From the NCBI GenBank assembly GCA_030390025.1, contig CM059432.1, positions 150,662,001 to 150,726,000 on the forward strand: a stretch of DNA of 64,000 bases. Reading direction: 5' to 3'. Position 1 is the first letter of the stretch; each line of letters starts with the position of its first letter. This document shows, piece after piece, positions 26,233 through 35,629 of this stretch. The translations under genes were made by a program, and so were the position numbers. The notes beneath the pieces are model-generated. The model saw only the letters and a list, made by a program, of their open reading frames with translations, ran no database searches and had not been told where the DNA came from. The stretch comes from Squalus acanthias (taxonomy: Eukaryota).

Positions 26233-26688
26233 CAGCTGTGGCTCAGTGGGTAGCACACTCGCCTCTGAGTCAGAAGGTTGTGGGTTCAATCCCACTCCAG
26301 GGACTTGAGCACATAAAGCTAGGCTGACACTCCAGTGCAGTGCTGAGGGAGTGCTGCACTGTCAGAGGTGCCGTCTTTCGGATGACACGTTAAACCGAGG
26401 CCGCGTCTGCTCTCTCAGGTGGACGAAAAGATCCCATCCCATATTTCGAAGAAGAGCAGGGGAGTTATCCCTGGTGTCCTGGTCAATATTTATCCTTCAA
26501 TCAACATAAACAGTTTATCTGGTCATTATCACATCGCTGTTTGTGGGAGCTTGCTGAGCGCAAATTGGCTGTCGTGTTTCCTACATTACAACAGTGACTG
26601 CACGCCAAAAGTACTTCATTGGCTGTAAAGTGCTTTGAGACATCCAGTGGTTGTGAAAGGCGCTATATAAATGCAAGTCTTTCTTTCT
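26233..26688 (+). mobile_element. Near full-length tRNA-derived DeuSINE (SacSINE1-like)
   Basis: A-box-like tggctcagtggg, B-box-like gggttcaatccc, Deu core gaggtgccgtctttcggatga...ttaaaccgagg, and tail gcgctatataaatgcaagtctttct. Confidence 0.9.
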
Positions 26689-26739
26689 ATGACTACCATA
26701 TCTACCAGCAGTGAAATGACAATTTGAGAGCATTTAAAA

Positions 26740-27675
26740 AGTACTCTAGCTGTGCCCTAACTAGTGTTTTATACAGTTCTAGCATAACTTCCCTGCTCTT
26801 ATATTGTGTGCTTTGGCTAATAAGGGAAAGTATCCCGTATGCTTTCTTAACCGCCTTATCTGCCTGTCCTGCTACCTTCAGGGATCTGTGGACATGCACT
26901 CCAAGGTTCCTCTGTTCTTCTACAATTCTCAGTATCTTACCATTTATTGTGTATTCCCTTGCCTGGTTTGCCCTCCCCAAGTGCATTATCTCACACTTCT
27001 CCGGATTGATTAACATTTGCTACTTTTCTGCCCAAATAGACTAGACCATTGATATCTTCCTGCAGTCTACAGCTTTCTTACTCACTATCAACCACATGGC
27101 CAATTTTTGTATCATCTGCAAACTTCTTAAACATATCCCCTACATTGAAGTCTAAATCATTGATTTATACTACGAAAAGCAAGGTACTTAGTACTGAGCC
27201 CTGTAGAACCCCACTGGAAACAGCCTTCCAATCACAAAAACACCCGTCGACCAGTACCCTTTGCTTCCTGCCATTGAGCCAATTTTGGATACAACTTCTC
27301 ACTTTCCCTTGGATCCCATGGGCTTTTAATTTTCTGACCAGTCTGCCATGTGGGAACTAGTCAAAAGTCTTGCTAAAATCCAAGTAGACTTCTTTAAATG
27401 CGCTACCCTCATCGATCCTCCTTGTTAACTCCTCCAAAAATTCAATAAAGTTGGTCAGACACGACCATTCCCTTAACAAATCCATGCTGACTGTCCTTGA
27501 TTAATCCGTGTCTTTCTAAATGACGATTAGTACGTTCCTCAGAATTTTTCCCAATAATTTTCCCACCACCAAGATTAGGCTGACTGGCCTGTAATTACTC
27601 AATCTATCCCTTTCTCCCTTTTAAAACAACAGTACAACCTTAGCAGTCCTCCGGCACCACGCCTGTAGCAAGGGA
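26740..27675 (-). mobile_element. Host CR1 LINE, part 1 (RT), interrupted by the provirus
   Basis: RT homology (ORF 26702-27016). The sequence resumes at 40389 (gcctgtagcaaGGGA|ggattggaaaatg), colinear with the CR1 at 61081-61140. Confidence 0.9.
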
Positions 27676-29344
27676 TGTAGAATTCGCAATATATCGCGAT
27701 TTTATTAATAAGGAGAAGAACACATAGTTTTGTTCAAACAGCTTTTATTTCAGCAGAATGCTGTCAGGTTTTCAAAGTGGACACAAGCAGCTTGTAAAAT
27801 GGCCGCCGCGCCTCGTGGCAGAACATTCTAGACTTTTTAACAGGCAGACAAGATGGCGTTCCAGTAAACATTTGTGCAAGATCGATTAAGACTCAGCACA
27901 TTGAAGATAATACACGAGACATCATGGGTTCACAGTATACACATAAATACTGAAATCGGTCTCCCAGGTGCGAATGAGGGCTGCTGTACCAAGTAATCAA
28001 GAACCCATCCAAAGACATTAATATGTAAAATCCCAACGACCCTACGATGAGAGAGCCGTTAGCGGGTAGTTACAGAAAACACTTGGAAGCCCAAAACCCC
28101 TCCAGGGAGAACACCGACCGATTAAACAATGGGAGAAATATTAACAGGTACTCAGACATTTACGAGTAGCCCCGAAACCCATTAAAACGAAGATCACCCT
28201 ATACAAGACATTTGAGCGCCAAACCCTAACAAAAGAAAAGACATTAAGGTTGGGCGGGAAACGGAAGATTTTGCACTATAATTACAAGCTCCAAACCGTC
28301 CATCTTGACTCTTGACTCTTGACTCTTATCTTGCTGGTGTTCATCCTCGTGGCTGCTCTTGACTCGCCGTCTTGTTCCTGCTTGCCTCGTGTCTCTTTTC
28401 AAAAGACTGTTGAACTTTACGATCCGCTCGGATCTACCTCGTGTCGTGTCGCGAAGACCTGTGTAGAACTGGGCTCTGAAGCCTTGAAGCGGGCGCACCA
28501 CCCCAATAAGTCGGTAAACGGTGTTGGAACCGAAGGCCCGAGATGAGATGAGATGAGATGAGATGAGAAGAGAAGAAGACCATACTTATCGCCACGGTCA
28601 GTAAGCTCCGACCGCGCCTGTAGGTCGAATAGACATTTTCCTTGCCCAGGAAGACTCTTCTTTGAGTTTTATCGAACCGGTGTGAGGGCACAGGAAGACT
28701 CTTTTTTGAGTAGAGTCGGAACTCCGAGGACAACACAGATCTTCATGACAGCAGACGTTCCAGCCTGCTAGCCGGAGCAGAAACGAGTAAACAAGTGGGG
28801 CCAGGAGACCCCCTGATCGACACGTGGGCGCTGCGGTGAAAAACATCCGATCAGAGTTTTCGGAATTCTCCGAGTTATCACGAGTGGTGAGCATGAGTCT
28901 CGAATCCTACGAATCTAGCTTAGGACAGATATTGATAGGGGAGGGTTTTAAGTATTAAGGATAATTGTAATGTGTGCCCCCATTTACGATGTGTCGTTCG
29001 TTCCTCGTTTCCCCGAAATTAGTTACATAACTGCGTGTAAGATTGTACTGTCATTAATCTGTGCTTATGACATGTGTTTCGTAATCTTAAATATTATGCA
29101 ATAAAGATTTTCCATTTCGTACCATTCAACCGAGTCTACCTGAGTTTCATCTCCATTACTGCTCTCGCATCTAAGTCCAGTGTCTAGAACCGTAAGGGCG
29201 AGTGGGTCGAACCACTCACAGGTGTGTCTAGTGCTCCCAGACTGGCTGGAGACCAGAACAGGCAACAAGGCCTAAACCCGCACTAGCACCCGGGCTGCAC
29301 AGAGCCACGCGAATCTCACAGGCTGAGAGACAAAAACCCTTACA
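27676..29344 (+). repeat. 5' LTR (1669 bp)
   Basis: Direct repeat of 38720-40388. By eye only one difference was noticed (T27731 vs C38775). Confidence 0.97.
28252..28282 (+). promoter_or_regulatory. Putative LTR core promoter (GC box and TATA-like element)
   Basis: GGGCGGG at 28252-28258 and TATAAT at 28277-28282. Both are kept in the solo LTR (ggcggg ~821, TATAA 846). Confidence 0.5.
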
Positions 29345-29348
29345 GAAA

Positions 29349-31141
29349 ATGGCGACCGCGGCAGGACACTGGCAGCGAGAGGGTAGTGTGTTAGACTTTG
29401 GTGTGAATGTACAAAATGTTATGCAGGAAAAGATAGCAGATTATGTGTTCGGAAAGGTAAATCTAACTAAGAAATGGATAAGTGACCTGTTAGCGGATAA
29501 GAGTCCACTAGAGGCAGCCGAGAGGTGGACAGATAGTAAGGAACATAAAAAGACAGTCGAGAAAGCAGTCTGGTTAATGTGTTATAAAAGGCAGGTCCAG
29601 ATTTCAAACCAGGTCATTACAGTGCAAACAGCTCGGATCAGGCATTTAGAGGAGGAAATGGATGAGAAAGTCTCTGGAGGGGAGTTGCTCATTAGGAATT
29701 TAAGCGCGTTGCACCGAGAACGCCAGGAAATCACCAGTCACCATAAAGCAAAAATAGATTACCTCGAGTGCCAGGTCACTGAGGCAAAGTTAAGTGAGGG
29801 CAGACTAAAGGAACGATGTGCCCGCCAAGCTGCCCAAATAAGAGCCCAGGAAGAGAGCTTAACGGGGGTTAGGGCGGCATATAAGATGGCCCTTGAGGAT
29901 AAATTTCAGGGGGCCGATCATAGCGTCTGCCAAAAGGAGATAGAACACCTTAAAAGGGCCGTGAACAAAGCGCACGGCATGGTGTGCCTTATCAGTCCGT
30001 CAGCACACCAGCCACTAGTAGATGAGGAGTCTCAGAAATTCCCACCAAGTAAAGCAAAGGAAGTATTAGCCACTACGCCCTCCGCGCCACCCAGCTATTC
30101 GGAAACCTGGGTAAGGGAGGAAGTAGTAGAAGAAACGAAAGAGCCCACTGAGGGAGAAGTGGAAAAGGGACCGTTGTGTCCAGTTACGGGTATAAAAAGG
30201 GGCCCAAACGGGAACGGTGGGGAACCAGGGGATCTCCTCAACCAGCTTGTGTTGCCTCACAGCTCACACCAGCTGAGAGTTATGATAAATCACGTACGGA
30301 AGCTGACCGAGTCAGACGACCCTTCCGTACATTTCAGAGAAGTTGAGCAAACCGCAGCCATTAACGGCTGCGATGATGGGGAAACAGCAAAAATGCTGTT
30401 ATTTTCGTTCGGCAGTTCAATCCTTCAGTGTCTCTCGGACGAGAGCAAGAGGGGAACCAAGACATATGAGGCATTAAAAAATGAGGTCCTAGAAGTGTTG
30501 GGGACGGACGATGAAGTTCCGTTTGTTAGAGTGGGACAGACAGTGCAGATGGAGGGAGAACCCCCGAAGGTTTTTGCCGACAGGCTGTGGCCAGTATATC
30601 AGCGCAGCTGTCCAGGTGCGCCAGAGCGCGACGCTGTGGACGGCGTCGGTTTAACTCATTGGCTCAGGTGTATAGTAGCCAACAGTTTGCCAGCCGTCAG
30701 AGAGCAGGCAAAAGCGTGGTTTGATCCCAATGACCCCAACATCACGGAAGAGTCGGTCTTAAATCGACTCACGGTAGGATACCACAATATAAGGGGTATG
30801 GGAACACGTCCCCTTAAGGGAAAAGTACATGAGGTACGACCCGCAGCCCCGGCTCAAAGGGAGTGGCATCAGGAGGGTAACCGCGCCCCGCAGGCAAGTA
30901 ATGCTTGTTAAGGGTGTGGGAGGACAGGGCACTGGCGCAAGAACTGCAGGAACCCTTGGAAGGATTCCAGGGATAAAAATCCCGCAGCCCGAGCCCAGAT
31001 GCCTGTCTCTGTTAGGGAAGCTAACCCGACGACCTCGAAACAGTGTTGGGAGCCATGCGCAACTTCATGAGTGCACATGGAAAAGTGGCGGTTGCTACCG
31101 GCCCCGTAGGTGCCGCAGGCCCGTCTAACCATACCCAATGA
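29349..31141 (+). CDS. gag: Gag polyprotein; open to 30911 (520 aa). The ancestral frame probably ran to TGA 31139-31141 and is now broken by a nonsense codon and a 1-nt loss.
   Basis: Coiled-coil N-terminal half, PSAPPSY late motif and MHR-like QMEGEPPKVFADRL. The C*GCGRTGHWRKNC zinc knuckle straddles the TAA. Confidence 0.88.
29350..29367 (+). promoter_or_regulatory. Primer-binding site, tRNA-Arg(TCG)
   Basis: TGGCGACCGCGGCAGGAC is complementary to the 3' 18 nt (GUCCUGCCGCGGUCGCCA) of vertebrate tRNA-Arg-TCG, as recalled. It lies 5 nt after the LTR end. Confidence 0.85.
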
Positions 31142-34100
31142 CTAGAGCCCGCGCAGCCCGTCTACCTGTGTCCGCTCAGCTATGATGCGTGGAAGCGACC
31201 CCTGGTGGAAATGGAGGTAGAGAAACAGAAGGGTAGTTATTTGTTGGACACGGGAGCTTCTTGCACCGTGATTCATACAGATAGCCCTTTTGACTCACCG
31301 CTATCTACCAAAGTCCCATTCACGTTAGCGGGGTTCACGGGAAAAGAACAGGCTGGCGCGTTCTCCCTTCCGCTATCCATTCGTTTGGGGGCACTTCACA
31401 TCAAGTGGAAGTGCATATTGATGGAATGGCAGGAGGGGGGTGGAAGAGGTATCCTCGGGTCCGATCTCCTATCAAGACACGGGATCCTCGTGGACCTCAG
31501 AAATCATTGTCTCTGGGGGGCTAAGAGTGAAAAAGGCGAGGTAGTGGTAATTCCGGGGGAGGAAGAAACAGGGGTCCTGTGCACCATGCAGCCATCCGGA
31601 GGCTACGACCTTGGGCTCATGGTCGCAGATGTCCCAACGGACATGCAAACGTACGTGTCAGATAATATGCACGCGTTTGCAACCCACAAGCACGATTGTG
31701 GGAGGGTTACCGGGTTTGAGGTCAGCGTAGATGGGGACCCCATGACCCGGCCCCAAAAACAGTATAACTTCCCCAAAGAAGCAGAACCCGATATGGAGAC
31801 AGCAATGTCCTCCTTGGTGCAGCAGGGCGTGTTGAGGCCGATAGCCACACACGTGAACTCCCCATTATGGCCGGTTAGGAAGCCGGATAATTCGTGGAGG
31901 GCCACGGTGGACTACAGAGTCCTTAACAGTAACATTCCCGCCTGCGCGCCCACGGTAGCAGCAGTTGCTGACCTAATAGGGAGTATCCCAGCGTCCGCGA
32001 CCACGTTCACGGTGCTGGATATCTCGAACGGTTTTTGGTCCATCCCGCTGCGGCGAGAGGACCAGTACAAGTTTGCCTTTACTTTCAAAGGACAACAGTA
32101 CACATGGAACTGTCTGCCACAGGGTTTCCACAATAGCCCCAGTATTTTCCATCAGTGTATGGCAGGAAGTTTAAAGGAGTTTAGTCAGCCCAATCAGATA
32201 GTGCAGTACGTGGATGATTTGCTCCTATTTACGGATTCAAGGGAGGAGCATGGACCACTGCTGGCCGAGTTATTGGAGCTGCTAGCGAGAAAGGGTTTTA
32301 AAGTAAACCCTAAGAAAGCACGTATCGGTCAGCAGGAAGTAAAATTCCTGGGGCTGACCATTCGCGCTGGGGAAAGAGCCATAGATAAGGCTAGGAGGGA
32401 GTCGGTGCAAGAGTTACCGATTCCTAACAACATAAGGGGTGTGAGGTCCTTCTTGGGACTGACCGGTTACTGCAGGGATTTTATCGAAGACTATGCGGCC
32501 ACAGCGGCGCCGCTCCTCCGACTCCTCCATAAGGGAGTGGAGTGGTCTTGGGACGAGGGCTGCCAAGCAGCCTTCGAGAAGTTAAAAAGGGATCTGCAGA
32601 CCGCGCCAGCCTTAGGGGCCATAGATGGGGGGAAAGAGTTTTTCCTGGAGGTAGCTGCCAGCGGGGACAGCTTGAGCGCTGTACTGCTCCAAGAGCGTCA
32701 CGGCAAGCTGAGGCCGGTTGTCTATTCGTCCAGGGTGTTAACGGATGTGGAGAGGAGTTTCTCCAATTGCGAAAGGCACCTTTTAGCCACGCATTGGGCT
32801 GTGAAAAGATCAGCGATCTTCACAGGGCCCTCTCCCATCACTCTCCTCACCCATCACACACCAACTAAGATGCTTCTAGATGGGAGGATTAAAGATGGGA
32901 CCGTAAGCAGCGTGCGTATTGCGCGCTGGACCCTTCTTCTTTCCCAGATGGATCTTAGAGTAAAAGGTCTTTGCGAGCCCAGGCTTGCGGCCAATTTGGT
33001 ATACCCCGGTACAGCCCACCGATGTGCGGTGGAAGGGGTGTGGGACGTCAACATAGGTTTGCGGGCCGGGATACATCCCACTGGGCGCGAGATTTATGTT
33101 GATGGTTCCAGCACAGTATCTGCTGGCGAACGACTCACAGGGTGTGGAGTTTATGACCCTGCGGCAAACCTTGCCCTGGCGATCAAGCTCCCTAGCACCA
33201 TGAGCGCGCAGCAGGCTGAGCTGTCTGCAGTGGTGTACGTCGTTACCCACCCAGACATTTTCCCAACCCCATACACGATTTGCTCGGACAGTATGTTCAC
33301 ATGCAATTCGTGTACGGAATACCTGGCCATTTGGTCCCGCCGTGGATACACCTCCGCGGACGGGCGACCTTTAACGGTGAAGCCCTTGCTGGAAAAGATC
33401 CTAGCAGCAGTAGGGGAGGAAGGGGAGATTTTCATCCATAAGGTGAAGGCTCACTCCTCCACAGAGCCCCGTGGGGAGGGCAACCAGCAGGCGGATGCGC
33501 TAGCCAGGGAAGGTGCCCGCAACGGCATTTTCTGGGACCCCTATGGGACCAGACCCATGGCAGCGATCCAAGGCAGGGACGGGAATCCCGGGAACTCCAG
33601 GGTAGCATTGCCCCTAGACCTTAAGACCATCCAAACCCAGGATCCCGCCCTAAAAGCAGTCCTAAAAACCCTTGCTGAGGGGAAGCAAGTAGAGGGTCCG
33701 TACAGTACGGCAACCCTCTCCGTTAAGGAAGGCATGCTGTTCCGCGAGGAGCAGTGGGTTGTGCCGCAGCAGCACAGGAGGGAATTCCTCCAGTTGGCTC
33801 ACGAGGGACCAGGGGCAGGGCACCCCGGGCCCGAGGTTACCTGGCAACGGGTAGAGCAAGCGGGATGGTGGCCAGGGCTCAGGGAACAGGTCCGCGAGTT
33901 CTGTGCAAACTGTCTCGTGTGCGCTGCAAACAACCCAGACCCCCAGAAAAGGAAAGTGCCCATGGGGCACGTAAGAAGGGTAGAGGGACCATGGCAGTCG
34001 ATACAGATCGACTATATAGGGCCCCTGCCCACCACCCAGGGAGGCTATAAATACTGCCTCGTCTTGGTGGATGTGTTTTCCAAATGGGTGGAAGCCTTCC

Positions 34101-35629
34101 CCTGTCGAACAGCTACGGCACTGGGTACTGCAAAAATCTTGGTCAGGGAAGTGTTCTCGCGGTGGGGACTTCCCCGTTTTGTGGAGTCAGACCAAGGGAG
34201 TCATTTCACCGGCCAGGTGATGCAGAACACCCTCATGCTTTTGGGCATCGAAGGGAAGTGGCACGTAGCACACAATCCCCAGTCATCCGGGATTGTTGAA
34301 CGCATGAACCGGACCCTGAAGGAGAAATTGAGGAAAGAGACTAGGAACTCGCCCCAAAAATGGGCGGAGGTTCTGCCTTTAGTCCTCATGGGGGTCCGGG
34401 CCAGTCAGTCGAAAAGTACGGGGTATTCCCCGCACGAGGTGATGACTGGGAGGCTCATGCGAACCCCCACCCATGTGCTAGCGCCGGTGCTCACTGAGGG
34501 TCAGCTCCAAGAGATAAGCAGGGACAAGTTCGCCCAGACCCTCTTGGAGCGCCTGAAGCAGGTTTATGAGCAGGCGGCTGGGAACATGGGAAGGCAGCAT
34601 CAGGGCAATCGCCTGTTGCTGGAACCCCGCAAAACGCGGGAGTGGGAAGTAGGAGACCAGGTTATGGTCAGAAACTACGCAAGAGTAGGGAGTCTGGAAC
34701 CACTGTATATGGGACCCTACAATATTGTAGATAAGGCGAGTCCCATGCTATACGCCGTAAAGGTACCTCGGCGCACTAAGTGGTTCCACGTAAACCAGTG
34801 CAAATTGTACAAGCCAGGTGCACAAGGGAAAACCACAGGGGCAAAACCTGCGAGTGGGGACTCGCAGCCCCAGGTAGGACCACAAGGCACACAGGCAGGC
34901 AAAGCAGCTTGCATCAGGGGAGGAGACATCCTGGAAAATTGTGAAACATTTTTGTGGGGTTGGGAGTCAGATGAGGGAGAGTTCCCGGAACTCGAGTCAG
35001 ATGAGGATAGTGATGAGGACGAGTGGGAATCGGGGAATGCAAGGGTCGCCCCCGATTCAGGTATAGGGAGGACAGGGGCTGCAGATAGAGATCCACACAG
35101 GGTGGACACCGAGGCTGCAGGTCCCGAACACAGGAGGGAGGAGCTAGGGGAGGCGGAGCCAGCCGCTGTGAGACCACAGGGCATGACGGCGGAAACCTCA
35201 GAGCCCGAGCCGCCCGCCTTGAACGTCCTGCCCTCGAGGGAGGTAGGGATTGCGAGTGAAGGGCCGCCTGCTGGGCCGAGCAGGGCAGTGCCACAAGCTG
35301 CAAGTCCCGAGGTCAGGGAGGCGGAGTCAGGGGAGGCGGAGCCAGCGACTGTGGTGGGACCACAGGTCGTCCCGGCGAAAGTCTCGAAACCCGGTCCGTC
35401 GGTCCTGGGATTCCTGCCCCCGACAACTCCTCGTAGGTCAGGTCGAGCACCCCAGCCCAGGAAGATGTGGTCATGGCCCCAGACTGCCCCAAGGCGCAGG
35501 CTTAAGGTTAAGGCAGCCCAGGTAGGGCACGGTCCCATCGCAGCAGCAACAGGCTGCGGCAGATCAAAGGAAGGGGTCAGTGCCCTCCCACCGTCGGGAA
35601 GAGCTCGCAGCAGCCTTCTCAGAATTTAA
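31142..35629 (+). CDS. pol: Pol polyprotein: protease, RT, degenerate RNase H tether, RNase H, integrase, low-complexity tail
   Basis: LLDTGAS (DTG at 31247); LPQGFHNSP and YVDD (32207); IYVDGS...AQQAEL...SDS...KVKAH...GNQQADALA; HHCC, QIDYIGP, SDQGSHF, GIVERMNRTLK, GPY. The frame is open from 31142. Confidence 0.96.
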   Translation, partial: LEPAQPVYLCPLSYDAWKRPLVEMEVEKQKGSYLLDTGASCTVIHTDSPFDSPLSTKVPFTLAGFTGKEQAGAFSLPLSIRLGALHIKWKCILMEWQEGGGRGILGSDLLSRHGILVDLRNHCLWGAKSEKGEVVVIPGEEETGVLCTMQPSGGYDLGLMVADVPTDMQTYVSDNMHAFATHKHDCGRVTGFEVSVDGDPMTRPQKQYNFPKEAEPDMETAMSSLVQQGVLRPIATHVNSPLWPVRKPDNSWRATVDYRVLNSNIPACAPTVAAVADLIGSIPASATTFTVLDISNGFWSIPLRREDQYKFAFTFKGQQYTWNCLPQGFHNSPSIFHQCMAGSLKEFSQPNQIVQYVDDLLLFTDSREEHGPLLAELLELLARKGFKVNPKKARIGQQEVKFLGLTIRAGERAIDKARRESVQELPIPNNIRGVRSFLGLTGYCRDFIEDYAATAAPLLRLLHKGVEWSWDEGCQAAFEKLKRDLQTAPALGAIDGGKEFFLEVAASGDSLSAVLLQERHGKLRPVVYSSRVLTDVERSFSNCERHLLATHWAVKRSAIFTGPSPITLLTHHTPTKMLLDGRIKDGTVSSVRIARWTLLLSQMDLRVKGLCEPRLAANLVYPGTAHRCAVEGVWDVNIGLRAGIHPTGREIYVDGSSTVSAGERLTGCGVYDPAANLALAIKLPSTMSAQQAELSAVVYVVTHPDIFPTPYTICSDSMFTCNSCTEYLAIWSRRGYTSADGRPLTVKPLLEKILAAVGEEGEIFIHKVKAHSSTEPRGEGNQQADALAREGARNGIFWDPYGTRPMAAIQGRDGNPGNSRVALPLDLKTIQTQDPALKAVLKTLAEGKQVEGPYSTATLSVKEGMLFREEQWVVPQQHRREFLQLAHEGPGAGHPGPEVTWQRVEQAGWWPGLREQVREFCANCLVCAANNPDPQKRKVPMGHVRRVEGPWQSIQIDYIGPLPTTQGGYKYCLVLVDVFSKWVEAFPCRTATALGTAKILVREVFSRWGLPRFVESDQGSHFTGQVMQNTLMLLGIEGKWHVAHNPQSSGIVERMNRTLKEKLRKETRNSPQKWAEVLPLVLMGVRASQSKSTGYSPHEVMTGRLMRTPTHVLAPVLTEGQLQEISRDKFAQTLLERLKQVYEQAAGNMGRQHQGNRLLLEPRKTREWEVGDQVMVRNYARVGSLEPLYMGPYNIVDKASPMLYAVKVPRRTKWFHVNQCKLYKPGAQGKTTGAKPASGDSQPQVGPQGTQAGKAACIRGGDILENCETFLWGWESDEGEFPELESDEDSDEDEWESGNARVAPDSGIGRTGAADRDPHRVDTEAAGPEHRREELGEAEPAAVRPQGMTAETSEPEPPALNVLPSREVGIASEGPPAGPSRAVPQAASPEVREAESGEAEPATVVGPQVVPAKVSKPGPSVLGFLPPTTPRRSGRAPQPRKMWSWPQTAPRRRLKVKAAQVGHGPIAAATGCGRSKEGVSALPPSGRARSSLLRI

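Noticed and set aside
26233..26300. tRNA gene
   Set aside because: It is the tRNA-derived head of a SINE and continues into the Deu core and tail
31025..31070. Programmed -1 frameshift between gag and the pol frame
   Set aside because: No X-XXY-YYZ slippery heptamer in the overlap, and an in-frame TGA still precedes pol; a 1-nt loss is simpler
34717..35538. 273-aa antisense ORF opposite the pol tail
   Set aside because: Low-complexity Ala/Ser/Pro/Gly shadow of a GC-rich coding strand, with no recognisable motifs
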